DNA from: Octopus bimaculoides
Lineage: Eukaryota
Direction: 5' to 3'
Length of the DNA: 64,000 bases
NCBI RefSeq assembly: GCF_001194135.2
Contig: NC_068989.1
Location: 10,903,652-10,967,651 of the forward strand
Position 1 is the first letter of the stretch. The number at the start of each line of letters is the position of its first letter. The notes beneath the pieces were generated by a model. The model was not told where the DNA came from and searched no databases. It saw nothing but the letters and a program-made list of their open reading frames with translations. A program made the position numbers and the translations under genes. Positions 1 to 10,401 of the stretch are shown here, piece by piece.

Positions 1-721
1 ACATATATATATATGTGTGTTAAAATTCCATTTATTTATTTGTGCAACTGAAGGTGACACTGCATTTTAAATTGATGTAATGATTGCATTGTTCAATTAA
101 ATGGAGCTGCTTGAAACGGTCGTACTGCATTACTACTTGATACCCTATTGCTTATTTTGATTTTATTCATCTTACTTCGAGCTGTGCCAATAATACCGGA
201 CTGACTTTGTGCTTCAACTGAAGTACCTAATTCAACTGAATCTTAATTGTNNNNNNNNNNTATATATACATATATATATATATATACACATATATATATA
301 CATACATATAGAGAGAGATGAAGGGGGAGATGAAGGGGGAGATGAAGGGGGAGATGAAGGGGGAGAGAGTGGGGAGAGAGAGAATCTGGAATAATGCCTG
401 CACATTGATAGGGAGATTTAGTTTTCGCAAATGTGTCCAATCGTTCACTAAGTGGGGTTTGCCTGATTTTATACATATATATGTGTGTATATATATGTAT
501 TTATACATACATACACACATATATCATATGTTGATCTGTTAATAAATATATCATATGTTAATTAATTAGTAAATTAATATCATATGTTGGTTAATTAATA
601 GATTAAGGGGGGAGAAAATAAAGCGAGTTTTGAATAGACACGGCCAATCGGAAGCTTGAAAGGGTGGAGACACATGCTCAATCACGCTTACAGAGGGAAA
701 GAGACGGGTGAGTAGGCAGGC

Positions 722-787
<66 letters not shown>

Positions 788-793
788 GTAGAT

Positions 794-852
<59 letters not shown>

Positions 853-1094
853 TATATATATATGTGTGTTAAAATTCCATTTATTTATTTGTGCAACTGA
901 AGGTGACACTGCATTTTAAATTGATGTAATGATTGCATTGTTCAATTAAATGGAGCTGCTTGAAACGGTCGTACTGCATTACTACTTGATACCCTATTGC
1001 TTATTTTGATTTTATTCATCTTACTTCGAGCTGTGCCAATAATACCGGACTGACTTTGTGCTTCAACTGAAGTACCTAATTCAACTGAATCTTA

Positions 1095-1136
<42 letters not shown>

Positions 1137-2464
1137 CAGAGTCAAAAACCGTTAACAAATCGCGAAAAATAAGACACACAATAGATAATTAAATGTGTTA
1201 GTTTCATGCTTTCAAAAGAGAAGCGGTGAAAAATATGGCTTAGACGTTTCGGTTGTTCGCCCTTCATCTGAAAGACGAGGGAATGTGAGGAGCAACATAT
1301 AGTGAAACAAAAGCAAACAAGGAAGTAGAAACGAAACAGAAAACCAGACAGATAAATATGAAAGGGAAATAAGTTAGAAAGCAAACGATTCTCGAATTAA
1401 GGTGTTACTTTAGAAAATGTGGGATGGGTATATGTGTATGACAGTGTGTGTGATGGAGTTAGCGCTAGTGCCTGTGTGTCGGTGGCGTGCGCATGTGTAG
1501 ACTCTGTAAGGGCTAAGAATGTATGTAGAGAGATATTTAAGTGTATCTTATATATGCTTGTACGTGCATATGTGTGTAAAATATATGTACTAATGTCTTT
1601 TATATGTGTGCGTGCAGTGGCACTAACATGTGTATATATGATGTGTGTTTTTTGACATGTAAATTCATGTATAAGTATTAGAACATGCTTAGCATTTGCA
1701 TGTATTTGAAGTACTGGTGAGCGTAGCTTTTTCATATATAGATATATGTATGAGTATATGTGAGTGTGTTTTTTGAGTGCGTGCATGGGCGGTTTTTGTA
1801 TCTATTATGTATATATTTGTGTGAGCAGTATATGTAGGTTTGTACATAAGTACATGTGTGCGTGTATTGCGAAGAGAGAGCGTATTCTTGTGTATGGTTC
1901 ACAGTATATGAGTATATGATTGATACATTCTACGAGTGTGTATGCTTCGTGTTGCTTTTGTGAGAGTGTGTCATTTAAATTGTATGTCTCCTGTGTGGAG
2001 ATGTATAGTGAATGCCAAAGTACGAATACATGTATGAATACATTATTTTCTAACGGTCAGAAATGAAAATTAAAATAGAGAATAATCTGGGAAAAAAACA
2101 CGTGTTCAGGAGATGGACGCCATCTTTGATAAGGAGGACAAGAGAAAAGAAAAGTAGTTCTTAAAAGTGGAGAGGACAACCAGGGAACAGGATGGCCGAG
2201 AAGGCGGAAGAGTGAGTGTGAGCGGGTATATCTGAGTGGTAGTGAGCGGTGGATATAATTATTGGCATCAGCAGTGATGTGAGCAGAGATGACGCGCATT
2301 GCTTTAAGTACTTTGTGGATGTGTCGGTGATAGTGAAGCGTTGCATGTGAAGATGTACATTATGTAATTTCAGCATTGGTATGAATATATGGGTGGCAAA
2401 TATGTATAAATTACGCATGTGTGTATAAGCGTGTGTGTAGGTGTAAGTGAGAGACTTCACGTAA

Positions 2465-2650
2465 TGTGCCTAGCATCATTTCGTCCGTCTTTTTATTCTG
2501 AGCTCAAATTCCATCGAGGTCGGTTTTGCCTTTCATCCTTTCGGAATTGATAAAATAAGTAACAGGCAAGTATTGGGGTCAATGTAATCGACTTCCTCCT
2601 CCCCTCAAAAACTGCTGGCTCCATGCCAAAATGTACATACATTATCATAA
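2465..2650 (+). mobile_element. SINE family A (tRNA-derived, CORE-like central domain), degraded copy
   Basis: B-box-like GAGCTCAAATTCC followed by the shared TTTGCCTTTCATCCTTTCGG...GATAAAATAAGTA core. Confidence 0.7.
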
Positions 2651-2778
2651 TTAATCAAGAAACTGAAAAATATATTTACACCAAAAAGAATACGATACAT
2701 TGAAATATGGCTACGTATAAGTGTAGTTAAGTTTGCATGTATATACATGCATATTAATGTAGACACACATGTGTTTGT

Positions 2779-2891
2779 TCTTTTATTCTTTTACTTGTTC
2801 CAGTCACTAGACTGTGACCATAATGCAGCACCACCATATGTATAAGTACAGATAATGTATACATACACATATTTGTGTGTATGTGTGTGTC

Positions 2892-2951
<60 letters not shown>

Positions 2952-3083
2952 TGATGGGCTTCTTTCTGTTTCCATCTATCAAATCGATTCAAAAGGCTTT
3001 GGTCGGTCCGAGGCTATAATAGAAGACACTTGCCCAAGGTGCCACGCAGTGGGACTGAACCTTCTTACCACACAGCCATGCCT
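2779..3083 (-). mobile_element. SINE family B with an internal (TA)n expansion
   Basis: Reverse complement of the head (GGCATGGCTGTGTGGTAAGAAG...GTTCAGTCCCACTGCGTGGCACCTTGGGCAAGTGTCTTCT) and tail (AACAAGTAAAAGAATAAAAGA) match the copy at 42451-42830. Confidence 0.85.
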
Positions 3084-3145
3084 GCGCCCCGTCGCATACA
3101 TATATATCTAGACATATAGACATGTCTATATGACTTGTATAAACA

Positions 3146-3216
<71 letters not shown>

Positions 3217-3740
3217 TATAAGTAAGCCTCTCTCTGTGTATGCGTGTGTGTGAATGTGTCATCAGTTTGGTGCTCATTGTTGTTTGTGACATGCATATGC
3301 TTACTATGATATTAATTTACAACTTCTATGAGTATTATTTCCGACATTTATTGTGTGGCATTATATGTGTGGTCCTCTCATATTTTCCTAATTTGTTTTG
3401 TGTTGCATGAATGAATAGATGGATGGATGGATGGATGGATGGATTGATTTATCTGCAGTCAATCTCGAACTTTCGCTAACTATAAATTAGATAGAAGAAT
3501 CCGTCTCAAAATAATCAAACCGTAATACACAAAAATCCTATAAAGGTTAATTAAGCATGCATCATTAAATGAGTCCGGTGCTAGCTTTATGAAGTATAAC
3601 AAATAACATGTGCATAACAACAGACTCAAGAATAACGTTTATTTAATGAAGAGTATGGCACAAGGGAGTAGTTTTCTTTAGTTTGACAGATATACAAAAC
3701 TAGTGTACTTTTCAAAAAATAATATGTATTCTAGCATCAA

Positions 3741-3935
3741 AATCGTTAGCACGCCGGGCAAAATGCATAACGGCATTGTGTCCGTTGTTACGATCTGAGT
3801 TCAAATTCCGTCGAGGTAGACTTTGGCTTTCATCTTTTTGGAGTCGATAAAATGATAATGTATCATCTGAATTCGATGTAATCGGCTTACCTGCTCTCCT
3901 AATATTGCTAGCCTTGCGCTAAACTTTGAAATCAA
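3741..3935 (+). mobile_element. SINE family A
   Basis: AATCGTTAGCACGCCGGGC head, GAGTTCAAATTCC B-box and shared core. Confidence 0.8.
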
Positions 3936-4366
3936 TATAGACAAGAGCTGTATAACTTCACAAAACGAACGCTGGAAGAGTAAAGAATCAAACAGCAACT
4001 TGGAATGTCAATTGTTCTAACGGGCAAACAAATGTATTGTACCAAAAGTGCCTATGATATACATTTATTTTTGGTACCCGCACAACAGTTGTTAACATCG
4101 CGACATGTACGCACTATCAGTCATCTTCTAAGATGTCTTGTAATAGATTTTCAAATTGAGTGAGAAACACTCAATTCAACTGTAAATATACACGCAAAAT
4201 TTGCTCTTTATACTAATACAGTAAGGAAGGCTAGACGTGGACAAAATTACACTGATTTGGACTGTAAATGGTAAGCAACAGAGTAAAGACATGCTGTTGT
4301 GCTATTTGTTATACAATAAATCTTCGTATATATGAACTCCTTCAATCAATTAAGTTGAAGTGACAG

Positions 4367-4582
4367 AAAATCTTTTCTACTATAAGCACGAGGCCTGAAA
4401 TTTAAGGGGAGGGGATTAGTCGATTACGTCGACCCCAGTGCTCAACTGGTACTTATTTCATCGGTCACGAAAGCATGAAAGGCGAAGTCGACCCCGGCGG
4501 AATTTGAACCCAGAGCGTAAAGACGGACGAAATGACGCTAAGCATTTTGCCCGGCGTACTAACGATTCTGCCAGCCGCCTTA
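4367..4582 (-). mobile_element. SINE family A, near full length
   Basis: Reverse complement has the GGCGGCTGGCAGAATCGTTAG head, GGTTCAAATTCC B-box and a CCTCGTGCTTATAGTAGAAAAGATT tail. Confidence 0.9.
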
Positions 4583-4599
4583 TTATTATTATTATTATT

Positions 4600-4635
<36 letters not shown>

Positions 4636-4765
4636 CTGCAACATCGATATAAAATGAGTAGACATACAAAAAATTATGGAATATACCACCCTTTTATATA
4701 CGCAAAAAGCAAGGAGAAATAACAGGATAGAGTAAAAATAAAATACCATAAAAATATAAGCAAAT

Positions 4766-5238
4766 AATCTTTTCTACTCTAGGCACAAGGCCCGAAATTG
4801 TGGGGGAGGGGGCCAGCCGATTAGATTGACCCCAGTATGCAACTGGTACTTAATTTATCGACTCCGAAAGGATGAAAGGCAAAGTCGGCCTGNNNNNNNN
4901 NNNNNNNNNNNNNNNNNNNNNNNNNNNNNNNNNNNNNNNNNNNNNNNNNNNNNNNNNNNNNNNNNNNNNNNNNNNNNNNNNNNNNNNNNNNNNNNNNNNN
5001 NNNNNNNNNNNNNNNNNNNNNNNNNNNNNNNNNNNNNNNNNNNNNNNNNNNNNNNNNNNNNNNNNNNNNNNNNNNNNNNNNNNNNNNNNNNNNNNNNNNN
5101 NNNNNNATCTTTTCTACTCTAGGCACAAGGCCCGAAATTGTGGGGGAGGGGGCCAGCCGATTAGATTGACCCCAGTATGCAACTGGTACTTAATTTATCG
5201 ACTCCGAAAGGATGAAAGGCAAAGTCGGCCTGGGCGGA
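4766..5238 (-). mobile_element. 5'-truncated SINE family A with a 15-nt TSD; body duplicated across an N-gap
   Basis: TSD AAAAATATAAGCAAA at 4750-4764 and 5239-5253. The same ~125 nt appear on both sides of the gap. Confidence 0.85.
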
Positions 5239-5824
5239 AAAAATATAAGCAAACAATATTAACAAAATTACCAAAATAATTATCCAAAGTAATTTTACAG
5301 GTAGGTTAGCTGATTTAGGGACAAAACAGCCAGTTATATAATTATGCTGAAGAATTTATGGATGAGTGCTTCTGGACGGGGGTTAGCGTGAGGTGCAATA
5401 TGATATGAAGAAATTGTGTTCTTCACCTAAGAACGTTCATACACACTCAAACCAAGATCACAAAGGATCCACAGAAGGAATTTGAACTTCCAACTATTAT
5501 AGCCCCACATCAATCTCTCCTCGTAATGCTTTTCATAAAGCCTATTTAATTTGTAAAAAAAATAAAGACATTATATAGACATACATCCATAGAAATACGT
5601 CTACACAAGCCTGCAAACATACATGTAAGTACACACACACACACACACACACATACACACGCACACATTTATATCTATATAAATACACACACCGGTATAT
5701 ATACAGAGAGAGGGAGGGAAAGAAGGAGATAAAAGACAATGGGGGGAGACAAAAAACATACACGTATATATAGCAAACCACATACACACACCTATACATG
5801 CATATGTATATATGTGTATGCATA

Positions 5825-5935
<111 letters not shown>

Positions 5936-6484
5936 NNNNNNNNNNNNNNNNNNNNNNNNNNNNNNNNNNNNNNNNNNNNNNNNNNNNNNNNNNNNNNNNN
6001 NNNNNNNNNNNNNNNNNNNNNNNNNNNNNNNNNNNNNNNNNNNNNNNNNNNNNNNNNNNNNNNNNNNNNNNNNNNNNNNNNNNNNNNNNNNNNNNNNNNN
6101 NNNNNNNNNNNNNNNNNNNNNNNNNNNNNNNNNNNNNNNNNNNNNNNNNNNNNNNNNNNNNNNNNNNNNNNNNNNNNNNNNNNNNNNNNNNNNNNNNNNN
6201 NNNNNNNNNNNNNNNNNNNNNNNNNNNNNNNNNNNNNNNNNNNNNNNNNNNNNNNNNNNNNNNNNNNNNNNNNNNNNNNNNNNNNNNNNNNNNNNNNNNN
6301 NNNNNNNNNNNNNNNNNNNNNNNNNNNNNNNNNNNNNNNNNNNNNNNNNNNNNNNNNNNNNNNNNNNNNNNNNNNNNNNNNNNNNNNNNNNNNNNNNNNN
6401 NNNNNNNNNNNNNNNNNNNNNNNNNNNNNNNNNNNNNNNNNNNNNNNNNNNNNNNNNNNNNNNNNNNNNNNNNNNNNNNNNNNN

Positions 6485-6548
<64 letters not shown>

Positions 6549-6575
6549 TACACACATTAGTAAATACATGGATAT

Positions 6576-6823
6576 GCTCAAAAGGTCCCAAAATAAGGTT
6601 TGTTTTAAGGATGATGAACACTTCACCCATGCCTCCGGAGGTGAATTATTCAAACCCGAAATAACTCCCCTAAGCACATGGCTATGATGATCCCCCACTA
6701 CTTCTGCTAGTGATCAGAGGTGCACATATCGTCAGCCACTAAGGGACATGCTCAACTGGTTAAGATCAAGCAACTGACAGGCATATCTGTAGTATTGAGC
6801 AGAACATTTGCTGTTGCACATCT
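6576..6823 (+). mobile_element. Interspersed repeat family E, 3' part, followed by an ATT-rich tail
   Basis: Reverse-complement homologue of 7914-8160. Confidence 0.8.
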
Positions 6824-6857
6824 TTTATACTATATGATTATTATTATCATTATACAC

Positions 6858-7150
6858 ACGAAAGCAATCATGGTTAGGGTGTTGGACTCACGATCTAGCG
6901 ATTGGGATTTCAGTTCCTAGACCGGGTAGTACGTTGTGTTCTTAAGCAAAATACTTCATCTCACGTTGTTCTGTGATCAATTGGACATACCTGACGCTCG
7001 GTACACCGTACACCTGTTCAGACAACGTCGATTTGGTGGAGAAAGTGAGCTGATGACCAGCACGAACATTTGATCACTATTAACAAATCATTTATGCAGC
7101 TCGTTCGGCAGATGCTGAACACTTATACGTCGTCTTCGAATGGAGAGTCC
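6858..7150 (+). mobile_element. SINE family C (tRNA-like head)
   Basis: TGGTTAGGGTGTTGGACTCACGATC...TTTCAGTTCCTAGACCGGG head. The body is homologous to 29620-29868. Confidence 0.75.
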
Positions 7151-7913
7151 ATCATCAATATACACACAACCTGTGTGTCATGAGCTGTTTAACGGTTTCT
7201 GACTAAATAAAGAAGGAACGACATCGCCAAACCAATGGTATTAGACATTGATATTAACACTGTAACGATATAAACTATTATAACAACCAACATTGTGACT
7301 GCAGAGGCTGTAAATTAATGATGATTTCATTTGATTAAACACACAGCTACAGTCGTTTCACGAATGTGTTGTAATTACATATGTTTTCTTACTTCTTCAT
7401 CTAATACGCTTCATCTAATAATATAAATATTATTTAAATATCATAAAATAATAGTCTTAATGGTATATTAATTTAAATTACATTTGGGTATAGAATAGGT
7501 TGTTTAATGTTATTGTTTTGATAAATAGTTAATAATATTTATTTGTATATAGTGTTGTTATAGTTTGATTAAATTGATTATAGGTATGTATTAAATATCA
7601 ACCAACTGAGAAGTTAATCCCAGAATTATTTGCGATAAGGGCCACAATAAGCCATGAATTCTTACACCAGTCAGTGCAAGACAGAGAATTTTAATTTTAT
7701 TTATTTTATTTTATTTTATTTTTTTAGGGAGGGTCTGAAAGGTTCAAATGTTTCATTGGTATTTATTTTACAGACCTTCAAGAATGAAATGTTAATTTGT
7801 CTCTGGGGAGAGCGGAAAATAAACATTTAGTTCTATGTTCTACCATTTCTGCCACCACAAACGCTTTGCGATATGATGATGATGATAATAATAATAATAA
7901 TAATAATAATAAT

Positions 7914-8375
7914 AGATGGGCTACAGCAAATATTCTGTTCAATACCACAGATTTGCTTGTCAGTTGTTTGACCATAACCAGTTGAGCATGTCCCTTGGTG
8001 GCTAACGATATGTGCATCTCTGATCATGAGCAGAAGTAGTGGGGGAGCATCATAGCCGTGTGTTGAGAGGAATTATTTGGGGTTTGAATAATTCACCTTT
8101 GGAAACATGGGTGTTTTGCTCAACCTCCTTAAACAAACCTTATTCAAGGACCTTTTGAGCGGGATGGGCTACTCGACCTGAAGAAAATTCTAACTGGGCC
8201 CCACCTGCGAGGTTATGCGCTGTTTATCTTGATATAAGATCACCATGTCGCGCAAATATGGTTGTGATGCATGTGCCTGGTGTACCCTTATCAGACGAGT
8301 AGTCATGATGGGTATAATGGACTTCGTATATTTTACCCCAGTGTCACTTTGATGGCATGCACTGCTCTCTCACTC
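7914..8375 (-). mobile_element. Interspersed repeat family E, longer copy ending in (ATT)n
   Basis: Inverted homologue of 6576-6823 with an (AAT)n tract at its left end. Class (SINE or LINE 3' UTR) undetermined. Confidence 0.75.
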
Positions 8376-8589
8376 AATAGTAATAATTGCTTTTGATTAA
8401 ACACACAGCTACAGTCGTTTCATGAATGTGTTGTAATTACATGGTATGTTTCTTCACTTCTTCATTTAATATGCTGGTGATGATCTTGTGATATTAGAAG
8501 TTGATTCCAGAAGTATTTGCGATAATGGCACGACCAGGTTGTAAAAGTTTTACACTGGAAACTTTGCCAGAAATGAGGATTTGAAGCTA

Positions 8590-9120
8590 GAAACATATGA
8601 TGCAATCATCGGGTCGAAAGAGTACCGAAGACGAAAAAAAAAAACGTTTTGTGTGGATCTTTCCTATTCAAACGGCCAAGAAGTTAGAAAAATAATAGAC
8701 TGGACATAACGATTACAGATAAGGAAAAGCGAAGTTGCTTATTAATCAACGCATCATGCTCGTTTGATTTCACAGTCGAAAAGAAAGAGGACGAAAAACA
8801 AAGAGAATACAATTCCTTAAAATTTGAAATAGGTAAAATTTGGAGTATGAGAACTGTCATGGTCGTGTCTATAATAATTGGTGCGGTTGGGAACCGGAAG
8901 CAAAGATATAGGCAAATGGCTGAAGGAGATTGAAATACAATTTCTTGTAGGGCTCTTACAAAAAGTCTGTCTCTTAGGGACGGCAAGGATTATCAAGAGG
9001 GTTCTAAGCAATTGGAAGACTATTGAAAATTTGTGGATACCTAAGGTTACAGGTAGTAACCCCGCTACCCACATAAATCCTGCCTGGAACAAGACCGGAC
9101 CTGGGTTAAACCAATAATAA
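8590..9120 (+). pseudogene. R4/Dong-like non-LTR retrotransposon, decayed 3' end (restriction-like endonuclease domain)
   Basis: Translation gives W.FPIQT.KKLE.NRLDITITDKEKRSCLLIN...KEDEKQREYNSLKFEIGKIW...IIIGAVG...LQKVCLLGTARIIKRVL, the PD-(D/E)xK RLE C-terminus pattern of this clade. It ends in TAATAA/(TGA)n. Confidence 0.85.
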
Positions 9121-9203
9121 TGATGGTGATGATGATGGTGATGATGATGAGGAGGAGGATGATGATGATGATGACGACGATGATAACAACAATCACGATC
9201 ATA

Positions 9204-10048
9204 AAGACGGTCAACGGGCAGAGTCGTTAGCGTGTCGGACAAAACGCTTAGCAGCACTTCTTCCGGCTCTTTTAAGTTCGGAGTTCAAACCCTGCCAACA
9301 TCAACTTTACATTTAAATTTTTCGTGGGATAATAAAATAAAGTACTAGTCATGTACCGAAGTGAATGGTATCGAATAACCCCCTCCCCTCAAAACTGCTT
9401 GATGGAGGATTGGCTGAAACGGTAGAGCGCCTGAGAATAAAAAAGTACCTTGCAGTGTTTGTTCAAGTTCTTTACTTTTGGAGTTCTTGTATATTCCGTC
9501 GAAGTGAACATTGCTTTTTTCCATCCAGCGGTCAGTAAAATAAAGTATCATCTAAGTTTTGGTTTGATGTGGTCAGCCTTATCTCACCCCTAAATTTGAG
9601 GTCTTCTACCCTATTTAGAAACTTATGTTATTTATAACATAGGCAATGGCAGTGATCTGGCAGAAACGTTAGCACGCCGGATGAAATGTTTAGCGGTATT
9701 TCGTCTGTCTTTACGTTATGTGTTCAATTTCCGCCGGGGTCGACTTTGCCTTTCCTCCTTTCGGGGTCGATAAATTAAGTAGCAGTTGCGTACTGGGGCC
9801 GATCTAATCGACTGGCTCCCTCTCCCAAAATTTCGCGCTTTGTGCCTAGAGTAGAAAAGAATCGTCAGCACACCGGACAAATTGTTCAGTGGCATTTCGT
9901 CCGTCTGAGTTCAAATTCTGCCGAGGTCGACTTTGCTTTTTATCCTTTAGAGATCGATAAAATAGTACTAGTTGATCACTGAAGGTCAATGTAATCGACT
10001 AACCCTTTTCCTTGCTATCCTTGTGCCAAAAATTGGAAACCATTATTC
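9204..10048 (+). mobile_element. Head-to-tail array of four SINE family A copies of different ages
   Basis: Four successive head/B-box/core units at about 9204-9400, 9401-9625, 9647-9861 and 9859-10048. Confidence 0.85.
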
Positions 10049-10094
10049 ATAACATAGACCCAAGGTCACAAAAGAAAATTGCATCGGTCCTAAT

Positions 10095-10200
10095 TAATAA
10101 TCGATACATTGTTTTAACTACTCTTGAACGTTGAAAAGCAAAGTTGAGCTCGGTGGAATTTGAGTTCAGAATGTGAAGAGCAGAAACCAAATATTGCAAT
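10095..10200 (-). mobile_element. SINE family A fragment
   Basis: AAAGCAAAGTTGAGCTCGGTGGAATTTGAGTTCAGAA, the reverse complement of the B-box/core region. Confidence 0.6.
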
Positions 10201-10367
10201 ACTGTGATCCAATAATATTATATACAACGTTGGGGCGAGCGAGGTATCAATATCATATACGAGTTTTAAAACCTACATGAGGGTTTTAAAAGCGCTGAAT
10301 AAAATCTTCAAAATATATGTAACTTTATTTAACCTTTCTCCGTTATTATTACGATCGCTGATGATGA

Positions 10368-10401
<34 letters not shown>

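Noticed and set aside
1-1099. Apparently identical 250-nt direct repeat (1-250 and 850-1099)
   Set aside because: The first copy abuts a 10-N gap and microsatellites. Most likely an unmerged contig overlap or haplotype artefact.
4766-5232. Tandem duplication of a SINE body
   Set aside because: Identical sequence on both sides of an N-gap within a single TSD pair points to an assembly artefact.
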